Assembly (NCBI GenBank): GCA_014361295.1 | Contig: JACIVX010000001.1 | Location: forward strand, 898,293-962,292 | DNA: 64,000 nucleotides | DNA from: Methanomassiliicoccales archaeon | GTDB lineage: Archaea > Thermoplasmatota > Thermoplasmata > Methanomassiliicoccales > JACIVX01 | Reading direction: 5' to 3' | Made by a program: the position numbers and the translations under genes | Notes under the pieces: generated by a model | What the model saw: the letters and a program-made list of their open reading frames with translations, nothing else | Database searches by the model: none | What the model was told of the DNA's origin: nothing | Shown here: positions 45,695 to 55,556 of the stretch, one piece after another | Layout of the letters: the number at the start of each line of letters is the position of its first letter | Position numbering within the stretch: the first letter of the stretch is position 1

Positions 45695-46077
45695 TGGAAA
45701 TCAAACCAATTGGCTACGTGAAAAATGATGCAGAGAAGGACGTTGATTTCGATGAGCTGATTTCAAGAGTTGAAGTCCTTCCGGACTATGTAGATGGACT
45801 TTACAGGATTGAAGAATGCGATGAACTTGAGATCATCTTTTATTTTCACAAATCCAACTCGTATAAATTAAGGGTGCACCCCCACCACGACCCGACACAG
45901 CCTGAGGTGGGTGTCTTTTCATCGAGGAGCCCAAACAGGCCAAATTTTCTTGGTCTCACGAGGGTCAAATTATTGAGGCGTGATGGGAACGTTCTATTCG
46001 TTAAGGGGCTGGATGCGTTTAATGGAACACCAGTCATCGATATCAAACCAGTCACAAGGCGAGATCAGAGAAAGTAG
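45691..46077 (+). CDS. TrmO/TsaA-family tRNA methyltransferase (UPF0066)
   Basis: MMEIKPIGYVKN..., GVFSSRSPNRPNFLGLTRVKLL, GTPVIDIKP. ATGA overlap with the trpS stop. Confidence 0.85.
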   Translation: MMEIKPIGYVKNDAEKDVDFDELISRVEVLPDYVDGLYRIEECDELEIIFYFHKSNSYKLRVHPHHDPTQPEVGVFSSRSPNRPNFLGLTRVKLLRRDGNVLFVKGLDAFNGTPVIDIKPVTRRDQRK

Positions 46078-46311
46078 GTGAGGGTATCTCGAAGCCTGGG
46101 CTCTGCAGATTTGATAACTCAAAACAAAGACCTTTATTTGCAAAAATGGACCGCCCTAAAGAACCCTAAATTTGCTTATTGCGGGAATCGGAAAAACATA
46201 CAGGTAGCCATCCATCACCCAGCAACAATCGTTCTCACATGTATCCAGAAGCAAAAAAACGAATAACGATCATAGATCTTAGAATAAAAAGCCAGATGGC
46301 AGGAAGGCAAA

Positions 46312-47868
46312 ATGACAAATAGTCCTCTGATTTTTATCCCTTTTTGCATGGAGATTCCAGAGATCATCGAAAGCCTCAGCCCCAACGAAAAACGAGTTCT
46401 CATCGCACTGAAGGATCTCGGTGGAATTGGGACTCCTGAGGATGTAATGAAAAGGGGAAATTTCAGGCAGCTTGTCGAGGTCATGAATGCTGCTTCCTGG
46501 CTTCAGTCAAAAGAGCTCGTACGCATCGAAGAGAGCGCAAAGAAGGTTTATTCATTAAAGGACCAAAAGATTATTGAAGAGGGATTGCCTGAACGGAGGG
46601 CACTCAATGCAATTCATTCTCGTGGCGGGATGATCGACGCCCATGATCTCGAAGGAGTTCTTAATAAAGAAGAAATTCCCATTGCTATAGGATGGCTCAA
46701 GAGAAAAGGGCTTGTGGATATCAAGAAAGACAGTTCAAGAACGTTACTGGAGCTTACGAACCAGGGTAGAAAGGTAGTATCCTCAGAGATGGAAGACGAA
46801 AAAATTCTCAAGCTGCTTGGGGAAAGAGAGGTCCTTGAGGGCGAAGCGGATAAGAAGATTATTGAACGATTGAAGTCTCGCCAGAACTTGATCAACGAGA
46901 GACTCGTGGTAAGGAGAAAGCTGATTTTGACGGAACTAGGATCGAAAATTGCTTCACAGAAGCTCGAGGCGAGAGAGGAAGTCGGTCAGATTACACCAGA
47001 TCTTATACAAACCGGACGGTGGCGGGACGTCACACTGAGGAAGTACGACATCAGAACTTATGCACCCTCCGCGTATCCAGGAAAGAAGCATCCCATTACG
47101 AGAATGGCTTCGGAGGTGCGGAGAATCTTTGTTCAGATGGGATTTAAGGAAATCGATGATGAGTACGTTCAGGCGGCGTTCTGGAACATGGATGCGCTTT
47201 TCACACCACAGGATCACCCAGCGAGAGATCTTCAGGACACTTTCTATCTGAAAAATCCTGCGAAGATTCCGCTAGAGGACGAGGAACTCGTTAAAAAAGT
47301 CAAAGAAATGCATGAAACAGGAGGCTGGACTGGTTCGACTGGTTGGCGATATAGGTGGAGAAGAGAGGAGGCAGAAAAGGCGCTGCTACGAACGCATACA
47401 ACAGTTGCGACAATCCGTTATCTTGCAAAGAATCCTAACCCGCCAATCAAAGTTTTCTCGATCTCAAGGATTTTTCGTAATGAGGCGATCGACGCAACGC
47501 ACTTGCCAGAGTTCATGCAAATCGAGGGCATTGTCGTTGAAGAGGGGGCAAACTTCGACATGCTCTGTGGCATTTTAAAAGAATTTTACCGACAGATGGG
47601 GTTCAAAAAACTAAGATTCCGACCAGGTTATTTCCCATACACTGAGCCATCGCTCGAAGTCGAGGTTTTTCACAATGGAAAATGGATGGAGCTCGGCGGT
47701 GCGGGAATTTTCAGACCCGAAGTGACGGCACCGTTCGGCGTGAAACACAATGTGCTGGCGTGGGGACTTGGTTTCGAAAGAATCGCAATGCTGCGGTGGA
47801 ACCTGACAGATATCAGGGAACTTTATATCAGCGATATCGATCTCCTGAGAAAGAGTCCGATTTTTTAG
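46312..47868 (+). CDS. pheS: Phenylalanyl-tRNA synthetase alpha subunit (archaeal)
   Basis: N-terminal winged-helix repeats. Class II motifs: HPARDLQDTFY, LLRTHTT, FRNEAIDATHLPEFMQIEG, GAGIFRPEV, AWGLGFERIAM. Confidence 0.92.
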   Translation: MTNSPLIFIPFCMEIPEIIESLSPNEKRVLIALKDLGGIGTPEDVMKRGNFRQLVEVMNAASWLQSKELVRIEESAKKVYSLKDQKIIEEGLPERRALNAIHSRGGMIDAHDLEGVLNKEEIPIAIGWLKRKGLVDIKKDSSRTLLELTNQGRKVVSSEMEDEKILKLLGEREVLEGEADKKIIERLKSRQNLINERLVVRRKLILTELGSKIASQKLEAREEVGQITPDLIQTGRWRDVTLRKYDIRTYAPSAYPGKKHPITRMASEVRRIFVQMGFKEIDDEYVQAAFWNMDALFTPQDHPARDLQDTFYLKNPAKIPLEDEELVKKVKEMHETGGWTGSTGWRYRWRREEAEKALLRTHTTVATIRYLAKNPNPPIKVFSISRIFRNEAIDATHLPEFMQIEGIVVEEGANFDMLCGILKEFYRQMGFKKLRFRPGYFPYTEPSLEVEVFHNGKWMELGGAGIFRPEVTAPFGVKHNVLAWGLGFERIAMLRWNLTDIRELYISDIDLLRKSPIF

Positions 47869-49180
47869 TAGCCGCTAGTTTCGCGCTGATTTCCATCGAT
47901 TTATCCTTCATGCCGAGGAGCAAATATGCTTCGGCAAGAGCCTTGATCACCTTCGAACCATCCTGATTTTTAAGCAGTCCGAGACTTTTGCTAAAACATT
48001 TGACTGCTTCCTGCCCGTTTCCCAAACTCATATGTACCAGGCCGAGCTGGTAGTAAAGCCTGTCGAGAAATTCTGGATCTCGCTTTTTCAACTGCATCGG
48101 CAGAATTGATTCTAAAATGCTCCTTGCTTCGTCATAACGCTTGAGGCCGATGAGTGCGTCAACAATCTCGCATTCGAGCCTCACATTACTACTGTCATCG
48201 CCAAATAATTTTTTCCCCTCGGTGAAGTATACAAGTGCTTCTTCAAAGTTGTTCTTGCCCCGCGCGACGAGGCCTTTGATCATTTTCCCTTCCGCCTGTT
48301 CCCTCGTCGTTGAGAATCCCTCAAGTTTGCTCGCCAATTTGCTTGCAAAGTCATTATGACCAGTTTTTAGCGCGACCTCGGCGGCGAAAATGAAGACCTT
48401 GCCAGCATACCTTTCGGAGGGATTTGTCATGAGTGATGCGATCGAAAAGAGATCCTCATCAGCATCCGCAATCAGATGCTGCCGTCTGTTCGCAATCAAT
48501 ATCTCCGCCTCGCGCATCCTACCAGCCTCGATAAGATGATACAATCGCTCCCTGTAATCGCCTTCCTGCAGCCAGTAATCCGCCGCAAAACTATGATATC
48601 GCTTCAAGTCAGAAGGCTCAACGAGTTGCACGATCGCTTTTCTCAAATCTTCCGGGATCTCGACTATCCCGTCTGGATTCGTTGGCAGTAAAGCGATGCT
48701 CGTCTCCGGCAAAGCCGATCTTCTGAAAGGTTTCCTGAATACGCAAGCCTGCGCGAGAATTGGTCGGAATTTGCCATCGATCGAATTCCACAGCTCTTCG
48801 CCTTTACACTTTCTCAAATCTAACAACGGTGTAATGGCGATTCCTTCCTTCTCGGCGAACTCGCGAATCTTCTGTGCTCGCCCTTCTCCCTTTGGCGTCA
48901 AAAAATAGACCTTTCGTTTCGTTTTCCCTTTCTTGACATGTGCAAGACGTTCGATGACCTCCGAAGTTTCTTTGAGCTTCTTGAGCTCGATAGCCGCATG
49001 CGCTCTTGAAATCCTTATCGCCGAAGCGATTCCGTCTTGGCTGACTTCCATCGGCACATCGTATTCATCCTGAAATCGTGAATACTGGGAAAGATGGAGA
49101 ACGATTCTCTCGGCAACAGTAAGTGAAGCGGGCATGTGGGGTTTATCGGATATCCAGATATATAGATATACGGAAAACAT
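47828..49180 (-). CDS. Winged-HTH plus TPR-repeat protein (putative regulator)
   Basis: N-terminal wHTH-like segment (LTVAERIVLHL...SQDGIASAIRISRAHAAIELKKL...KVYFLTPKG) and C-terminal TPR-like repeats. It overlaps the convergent pheS 3' end by 41 nt. Confidence 0.7.
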   Translation of the reverse strand: MFSVYLYIWISDKPHMPASLTVAERIVLHLSQYSRFQDEYDVPMEVSQDGIASAIRISRAHAAIELKKLKETSEVIERLAHVKKGKTKRKVYFLTPKGEGRAQKIREFAEKEGIAITPLLDLRKCKGEELWNSIDGKFRPILAQACVFRKPFRRSALPETSIALLPTNPDGIVEIPEDLRKAIVQLVEPSDLKRYHSFAADYWLQEGDYRERLYHLIEAGRMREAEILIANRRQHLIADADEDLFSIASLMTNPSERYAGKVFIFAAEVALKTGHNDFASKLASKLEGFSTTREQAEGKMIKGLVARGKNNFEEALVYFTEGKKLFGDDSSNVRLECEIVDALIGLKRYDEARSILESILPMQLKKRDPEFLDRLYYQLGLVHMSLGNGQEAVKCFSKSLGLLKNQDGSKVIKALAEAYLLLGMKDKSMEISAKLAATKKSDSFSGDRYR

Positions 49181-49257
49181 TACCCATCCTGATTATCATA
49201 CCTGATTACGAAATATTTCCCTGTAGGGGCTTCGCTAGCACTGAGATTCTATGACGT

Positions 49258-49291
49258 TTAAATGGAATAAAAAGTTAAATGGAATAAAAAG
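49258..49291. repeat. Perfect 17-bp tandem duplication (TTAAATGGAATAAAAAG x2) in a divergent promoter region
   Basis: 49258-49274 is identical to 49275-49291. Lies between the wHTH-TPR gene (start 49180, minus) and dtdA (start about 49634, plus). Each copy carries TATA-like TTAAAT/ATAAAAA. Confidence 0.9.
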
Positions 49292-49633
49292 AGCCTTCTC
49301 GAAGAAGGATTTAGTAAGAGCGCTCTATAGGTTGACCCGAGACGAGATTTCAATGAGATGGGAATTATTTCATTCTCGGTTATGGGTTTTGGAACTTAAT
49401 CTCTTCACGAATCGAATAGATAAGAATTATTCCAATCATACAAAATCGCTTGGACAGAGGATGCCGTGCCAAAAGACGCTTGCTTATCATCGTTTGGCCG
49501 ATGAAGGGTATTGTTTTAAATCGCCAGTACTCTCATCAGATTTTCTTACTGTCGACAACAGCAACAACATACGCTCGAAAAGATTCAATTGAAGTGAAGT
49601 CATCTGTGGGTGAAAACATTAAGTGTTGATACC

Positions 49634-50467
49634 ATGAGAATACTTATCTGCAGCTCGCCAGATAAAGCCAGTGTTAATATTAGGGACACCCTCTTGTCCT
49701 TATTTGAATGGTCAGAAATCGACGATTTCGAAGGACATCCAATTTTTGTTCGCGGCGACAACATACTTGTCACGATAAATCAGCTTCATCTTTATGCCAA
49801 TCGTATCGATCAAAAAATTGCTGAAGCAGTTGATTCTGAAATTACCGAAATTATTTTCTTGTCAAGGCATAAAGCAGCCTCGGGAATACACACGTTAACA
49901 GTCCATCCGATCGGGAATTTCGGTGTTGCTGAGTACGGCGGATTTGATAAGGCGCTTGTCCCTTCTGCACATCACTCGATGACTGAGATCCTGAGACAGC
50001 TGAAGAGATCAGCGAAAGATCTTCCGTTTGAGGTCTCCTTTGAAGTAACCCACCACGGCCCTTACCTCGATAAGCCAACATTGTTCGTTGAGATCGGAAG
50101 CGATGAATCGATGTGGGAAGACAAGAAAGCGGCAATCGCAATCGCGAAAAGTATCATGCAGTTGCAGATTTCTGTCAATCCAGTCTTGATAGGTATTGGT
50201 GGAGGGCATTACGCACCTCGGTTCACGGAAGTTGCCCTGACGAAGAGGGTTTCTTTCGGGCATATGATACCAAACTACGCAATAGAAAATGCAAACGAAG
50301 ATGAAATGATGGAAATCATTAAAATGGCGTACGAGAGAACTCCTGGTGCTGAGTTTGCATATCTCCACAAGAAATCGATGAAACGCTCAATTGTCACAAA
50401 ACTGAAACATCTTCTTAACAGGCTTAATATCGAAGCAATTGAAAGCAAATCGCTTCAGGACCTCTAG
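49634..50467 (+). CDS. dtdA: D-aminoacyl-tRNA deacylase, archaeal DTD2 type
   Basis: MRILICSSPDKASVNIRD..., HPIGN, THHGP, GGGHYAPRF: the pattern of archaeal DtdA. The ORF is open from 49610. Confidence 0.82.
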   Translation: MRILICSSPDKASVNIRDTLLSLFEWSEIDDFEGHPIFVRGDNILVTINQLHLYANRIDQKIAEAVDSEITEIIFLSRHKAASGIHTLTVHPIGNFGVAEYGGFDKALVPSAHHSMTEILRQLKRSAKDLPFEVSFEVTHHGPYLDKPTLFVEIGSDESMWEDKKAAIAIAKSIMQLQISVNPVLIGIGGGHYAPRFTEVALTKRVSFGHMIPNYAIENANEDEMMEIIKMAYERTPGAEFAYLHKKSMKRSIVTKLKHLLNRLNIEAIESKSLQDL

Positions 50468-50469
50468 TC

Positions 50470-51186
50470 CTATTTCTGTCTTCTACCACAGATAGGGCAA
50501 ACAATCCAGCTTTCATCAAGTGGCGATCCACAATTCACGCAGGTCTTTCCGCGAACTGAATCTTCCATCGGCGTCCGCTTTGCATCAAAAGATGCGGTAT
50601 GACGTTTCGTTGAAAATTCTGGTCGGGGTGAATACCATGTGGAAGTGGCGTGTCGGTGACCGACGTGACCAAGAAGAAGCACGAGTGATCCTGCAAAAAC
50701 GAGGACACTGCCAAAAACGGCTACAAAGGCAGCAGCCCCATATTTCACTCCTGGTATAATCCCTATCGAAAAGTCATCGGTTATCCACAAGATGGAGATC
50801 GCGATAATGATTATGCAAATCATCGATGAGAGAAATGATGCTGCTGACCAGATGGCAGTATGGGGGCGAGTGCTAAGTTTCGAAACGATCTCAGCGATCG
50901 TGAGAATGATCACTGCGATAGAAATGGCAATGAGAAGATACATGATCAAATAATTCTCACTGCGACCAACAAGGTCGCCAACTGTGAGTGAGTTCGAGAC
51001 CATATGAGGACGGGAGATTTCAACCCAGGGTAAAAGAAATGTGATGAGAATCAATATGATTCCGATTGAATTGAAAAAAACACCGAGCATGAGCGCAGGG
51101 TGCAACCCACCCTTCGAACTCGGTGATCGAATCGTCCTCCGAGATTTTTTCATCCAGTCAGCCCCTTCACCCTCGAGATTTTCCAT
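50470..51186 (-). CDS. Membrane protein (about 5 TM) with C-terminal zinc ribbon
   Basis: Hydrophobic core plus a C-terminal CVNCGSPLDESWIVCPICG. Confidence 0.6.
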   Translation of the reverse strand: MENLEGEGADWMKKSRRTIRSPSSKGGLHPALMLGVFFNSIGIILILITFLLPWVEISRPHMVSNSLTVGDLVGRSENYLIMYLLIAISIAVIILTIAEIVSKLSTRPHTAIWSAASFLSSMICIIIIAISILWITDDFSIGIIPGVKYGAAAFVAVFGSVLVFAGSLVLLLGHVGHRHATSTWYSPRPEFSTKRHTASFDAKRTPMEDSVRGKTCVNCGSPLDESWIVCPICGRRQK

Positions 51187-51190
51187 TTAG

Positions 51191-51212
51191 TCTATTGTAT
51201 CTCTATTGTATC
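51191..51212. repeat. Perfect 11-bp tandem duplication (TCTATTGTATC x2)
   Basis: 51191-51201 is identical to 51202-51212, beginning 5 nt upstream of the 50470-51186 gene start. Confidence 0.9.
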
Positions 51213-51342
51213 TGATCGACATCGACCATTATAAAACCTAACACAATCACCTTATTGAAACGAAATTATTTCAATCAAATTGGAGGACCTAATCGATCTA
51301 TTGAGTATTTCGAAGAAGCAAGATAATCGCTGTGCCACATTG

Positions 51343-52026
51343 TCAATCAAAAATGACGGTCCCATTTATACTTCTCCCACGAACCGCGTTTTCAAGTTCC
51401 TCGAGATTCCTCCCGTTGACGATATAAATCGGGATTCTCGCTTTCATTGCGATCTGAGCGCCAAGCTTATCGAAAACGTCAGAAGATCCTGCCTCATGTC
51501 CGCCCTTGTCCACGAGACCAAGTAATTCCCTGAAACTCAGCTTTGCAAACCTTTTAGCATTCGAAACTTTTTTCGGATCCGCGGAGTACGCAGCGTCAAC
51601 AGATGTGGCGTTAATGATCCTGCTTGCAGAAGCCTCCTTCGCGACAAGTGCTGAGACTGCATCCGTTGTATGACCTGGTACCGTGCCGCCCATGATCACA
51701 ACATTATAGCTCGACATCAACCTCGCCGCATCCTCTGTAGTTTCAGGAATCCGAGGAGCGGCAATGTCGCGCAGCGAGAAATGGAGGAGTCTCGCGTTGA
51801 GTCTTGTCACCATAATACCCAATTCATCGAGCTCATCCTTGCTCAATCCCATTTCTTTTCCGATCGAGATATAATAACGGGCGATCTTTCCCCCGCCGCA
51901 GACGATGCATATACGATAATCTTTGGACAATTCCTTGATCAGATTCAGGAACTTCATGATGAACACCGCGTCGTTGTCCCCGGGAACGAGGACTGAACCA
52001 CCCATAGAGATTACTACACGTTCCAT
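51343..52026 (-). CDS. pyrH: UMP kinase (archaeal type)
   Basis: VVISMGGSVL, IVCGGG, GHTTDAVSALVA. 227 aa. Confidence 0.9.
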   Translation of the reverse strand: MERVVISMGGSVLVPGDNDAVFIMKFLNLIKELSKDYRICIVCGGGKIARYYISIGKEMGLSKDELDELGIMVTRLNARLLHFSLRDIAAPRIPETTEDAARLMSSYNVVIMGGTVPGHTTDAVSALVAKEASASRIINATSVDAAYSADPKKVSNAKRFAKLSFRELLGLVDKGGHEAGSSDVFDKLGAQIAMKARIPIYIVNGRNLEELENAVRGRSINGTVIFD

Positions 52027-52094
52027 ATGGACACCAACAGGTTTAGATACTGTAATTTCTTTTGGCGTACAAAAAAGAGTAGGTTGTAGGTGAA

Positions 52095-53345
52095 ATGGAA
52101 TCGACGGCTGTTGCCGGTGAAAAACTCACGGACAAACAAAAGTATGATTTTAAAAGGGCAATAGAAGAGATTAGGCAACTCCATGGCCGCGGCACCGAGC
52201 TCATCTCTCTTTATATCCCTCCAGATAAACAGATTTACGATGTCGCGGCGTACCTGAGAAATGAATATTCTCAATCGTCGAACATTAAGTCGCAGAGCAC
52301 GAGGAAGAATGTCCAGGGCGCGATACAATCAATCTTATCCCGCCTTAAAGCGTACAAAAAGCCACCACCGAACGGTTTGGTGATTTTTGTCGGGGAAGTT
52401 GCGGTCGGGGGAGATCAGACACGAATGACTCAGTTCGTTCTCGAACCACCCGAGCCGATCACCACGTTCCTCTACAGGTGCGACTCGGAGTTCTACCTAG
52501 ACCCACTTCTTGACATGTTGACGGAAAAGAAAGCTTACGGCATGATTGTCATTGATCGCAGTGAAGCAACGATCGGAGTTCTTAGAGGTAAGAGAGTCCA
52601 GGTGATTAAGAATATCCAGTCACTCGTTCCCAGCAAGCACAGAATGGGAGGGCAGTCAGCACTAAGATTCGAACGACTCATCGAGATCGCAGCCCATGAG
52701 TTTTTTACAAAGGTTGCCGAGACAGCCAACGAAGTGTTCCTGAACATGAAAGATCTCCAAGGTATCCTCATCGGTGGACCTGGTCCCACAAAGGACTATT
52801 TTTATGAGTCAGGTTACCTCCATCACGAACTTCAGAAGAAGGTCATCGATACCTTTGATACTGGCTACACCGACGAATACGGGTTGAGAGAGCTGATGGA
52901 GAAGGCAAAGGAGAGACTTGAAGATCTCGATCTCATGAGAGAGAAGCGACTCATGCAACGATTACTAGAAGAGATCAGAAAGAGCGACGGGGGACTTGCA
53001 GCTTATGGAGAGGAAGAGGTGAGGAGAAACCTCTTAATCGGCGCCGTCGACACGTTGCTCGTATCCGAAGGTTTAAGAAAGCGAAGAATCGGCCTGGAAT
53101 GCAGCAATTGCGGTTATAAGCAAGTGAGCACAATAGAAAAAACACCAGAAAATCTCCAGTGCCCTCTCTGCGGATCACAAACATCGATTACGACTGATGT
53201 CGATCTCATCGATGAATTCTATGAGCTTGCAGAAAAGGTTGGAACAAAAGTCGAACTCATTTCGAATGACTCGGAAGAGGGCGAGATGCTTTTAAAGGCC
53301 TTTGGAGGAGTCGCCGCAATACTTCGCTTCAGAACGGGGGGATAG
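52095..53345 (+). CDS. prf1: Peptide chain release factor aRF1
   Basis: NIKS stop-codon recognition motif (SSNIKSQSTR), GGQS catalytic motif (HRMGGQSALRF), C-terminal zinc ribbon. Confidence 0.95.
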   Translation: MESTAVAGEKLTDKQKYDFKRAIEEIRQLHGRGTELISLYIPPDKQIYDVAAYLRNEYSQSSNIKSQSTRKNVQGAIQSILSRLKAYKKPPPNGLVIFVGEVAVGGDQTRMTQFVLEPPEPITTFLYRCDSEFYLDPLLDMLTEKKAYGMIVIDRSEATIGVLRGKRVQVIKNIQSLVPSKHRMGGQSALRFERLIEIAAHEFFTKVAETANEVFLNMKDLQGILIGGPGPTKDYFYESGYLHHELQKKVIDTFDTGYTDEYGLRELMEKAKERLEDLDLMREKRLMQRLLEEIRKSDGGLAAYGEEEVRRNLLIGAVDTLLVSEGLRKRRIGLECSNCGYKQVSTIEKTPENLQCPLCGSQTSITTDVDLIDEFYELAEKVGTKVELISNDSEEGEMLLKAFGGVAAILRFRTGG

Positions 53346-55065
53346 ACTTTTGGATCCGATTGAACCTTTCAGAAAGGAGGTAGAATCCTCAATCACAAGA
53401 GCTCTCGAAGAGCTCCGTCTTGTCAGCTCTTGGAATTTGGAAATTCCACCAGCTGAAATCGCCGATTTCGCGTTGCCATGTTTTCAATTTGCGAAGGAAA
53501 TGAAAAAATCCCCAGCTATGATCGCTTCGGAATTGCTTGCGAGATTACCTACAATGAATCTCGTGTCGAGGACATGGACAGACGGCGGGTATATCAATTT
53601 CAAGATCGATGATGAAAAGCTCACATCTATCACGCTCGAGACGATCTTGAAAGAGAAGGAGAATTATGGGAGAGCAGATCGAAAAGGGGTTGAGGTTCTC
53701 CTCGAGCACACATCGGTTAACCCGACGGGGCCGATACACGTTGGGAGGGCAAGAAATCCGCTCATAGGCGATACGCTGGCGCGATGCATGAGAATGGCGG
53801 GCTACGATGTCGTGACGGAGTATTATGTGAACGATGTCGGGAAACAAGTCATCCTTCTCACATGGGGCGTTGAAAATATACCCCCTGAAAGTGTACCAAA
53901 AAGCGAGAGGGATAAGGCGGATCACAGACTCGTCGGCTTCTATCAAAAAGCGAATGAAATGATGGAGAATGATCCCAAAATCACAGATGAGATTGCAGAG
54001 ATGCTCAGACGCTTCGAATCTGGCGATGAGGCGATCATTAATAAGGTTCGTAGTACAGCTCAGGCGATCCTCGACGGAATCAATCAAAGCTTGATCGACA
54101 TCAACGTTAGAATTGATCGATTTGTCTGGGAATCACAATTCATCCTCGATGGAAGTGCGAAGGAAGTCGTCGAGCGCCTAAAGAAAACTAAGTATTGTCA
54201 CGAGGAGGCTGGCGCTTATTACCTTGATCTCGAAGAATTCGGAATCAAGGGTCGCGACACTAAGTTTTTCTTTACCCGAAGCGACGGGACAACGCTTTAC
54301 ACGACGAGGGATCTCGCATACCATCTTGATAAATTCAAGCGGGCGGATCATGTGATCAACGTACTTGGAGAAGATCAGAAGCTTGGTATGACCCATCTCG
54401 AAGCCGCTCTCAAGATATTGGGTATTGAACAAGCGCCTGAAAACGTTTTCTATTCCTTTGTCTCTTTACCAGAAGGACGAATGTCGACGAGGAGAGGGAG
54501 AGTTGTCACGCTCGACGATCTGATCGAAGAGGCTGAGGAAAGAGCACTAGAAGAAGTGAAACAACGGAGGACCGATCTGCCCGAGGAGAAAATGAAAGCG
54601 ATCGCGCGATTAATCGGAAGAGGGGCGATCAGGTACAACATTATACGCATCCAGGCGGAGAAGCCTATCGTCTTCAAATGGAAGGAGGCGCTCAATTTCG
54701 AGGGCAACAGTGCTCCTTTCGTTCAGTATGCACATGCGAGGGCGTGTAGTATCCTCAGGAAAGCTGGAAAATATGAAAGAATTGTCGATCCTTCCTTGCT
54801 CCAGGACGATTATGAAAAAAGACTTATTCGAATCCTCGCAAGATTTCCAGGTGTCATTAAGGAAGCTGGAGAAAAAAGAAGGATTCACATTATCCCCGCT
54901 TACGGTCATGAACTAGCTTCAGCCTTCAATCAATTCTATACATATGTTCCGGTCCTTAAAGGGGGGGATAAAATGAATGCGAGGCTGACGCTCGTTGAAT
55001 CCTCGATGTGGACCCTGAAGAATTGTCTCGAAGTCATGGGACTCGGAGCACCGGAGGAGATGTGA
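53302..55065 (+). CDS. argS: Arginyl-tRNA synthetase
   Basis: Class I HIGH variant (SVNPTGPIHVGRARN), a C-terminal anticodon-binding (DALR) domain, and terminal ...GLGAPEEM. The start is uncertain (ATG 53302 overlaps prf1 by 44 nt; TTG near 53349 is an alternative). Confidence 0.9.
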   Translation: MEESPQYFASERGDRLLDPIEPFRKEVESSITRALEELRLVSSWNLEIPPAEIADFALPCFQFAKEMKKSPAMIASELLARLPTMNLVSRTWTDGGYINFKIDDEKLTSITLETILKEKENYGRADRKGVEVLLEHTSVNPTGPIHVGRARNPLIGDTLARCMRMAGYDVVTEYYVNDVGKQVILLTWGVENIPPESVPKSERDKADHRLVGFYQKANEMMENDPKITDEIAEMLRRFESGDEAIINKVRSTAQAILDGINQSLIDINVRIDRFVWESQFILDGSAKEVVERLKKTKYCHEEAGAYYLDLEEFGIKGRDTKFFFTRSDGTTLYTTRDLAYHLDKFKRADHVINVLGEDQKLGMTHLEAALKILGIEQAPENVFYSFVSLPEGRMSTRRGRVVTLDDLIEEAEERALEEVKQRRTDLPEEKMKAIARLIGRGAIRYNIIRIQAEKPIVFKWKEALNFEGNSAPFVQYAHARACSILRKAGKYERIVDPSLLQDDYEKRLIRILARFPGVIKEAGEKRRIHIIPAYGHELASAFNQFYTYVPVLKGGDKMNARLTLVESSMWTLKNCLEVMGLGAPEEM

Positions 55066-55556
55066 TGTTAGAAATCGAGCCGATGAAAGAGGAAGATCGC
55101 GGGCCTGTCAGAGCGCTCGAACTTTTTTGCATAAGGGAGACACTTGAACCCTCGCTCACGAAGAAGTGGAGCGACCTGTCGCAGGATTTGATCGACCAGC
55201 TCGGTGCGTCATCGAAGTATTCGTTTGAACATTATGTTCGAGCTGGCCTCAGTTATGTTGCAAAAGAGAATTCAATCCTCGTCGGGTTTATTTTCGCACA
55301 GATATTACCGCACATCCTGAGCGTGCCGAAAATCGTATGGGTTGAGAATCTCGGCGTACATCCAGAGTACAGAAGAAAGGGCATAGCTTACAGATTGTTG
55401 AGAACTGTTGCGATCGAAGGCAAAAAACGCGGTGCAAAGGCGGTGCACAGCACGATCATGCCTGATAATATCAAGTCAATCATGCTACATAAGAAAGTGG
55501 GATTCTTTGTTGACAGCAGAAAGATCGCGTTGCTTGACCTCGATCGGTTCGAGTGA
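55065..55556 (+). CDS. GNAT-family N-acetyltransferase
   Basis: Acetyl-CoA motif A: VENLGVHPEYRRKGIAYRLL. ATG overlaps the argS stop (GTGATG). Confidence 0.8.
   Translation: MLEIEPMKEEDRGPVRALELFCIRETLEPSLTKKWSDLSQDLIDQLGASSKYSFEHYVRAGLSYVAKENSILVGFIFAQILPHILSVPKIVWVENLGVHPEYRRKGIAYRLLRTVAIEGKKRGAKAVHSTIMPDNIKSIMLHKKVGFFVDSRKIALLDLDRFE

Noticed and set aside
49258-49291. Whether the perfect tandem repeats (this one and those at 1074, 1244, 27151, 51191, 63800) could be a CRISPR or minisatellite array
   Set aside because: Each has only two directly abutting copies with no spacers, the units are 9-18 bp, and no cas genes are present. They are simple tandem duplications.
49251-49592. 113-aa plus-strand ORF upstream of dtdA
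   Set aside because: It starts inside the 17-bp tandem duplication (which produces a repeated KWNKKLNGIK-type sequence), has Asn/Lys/Arg-rich composition typical of AT-rich intergenic DNA, and has no motif.
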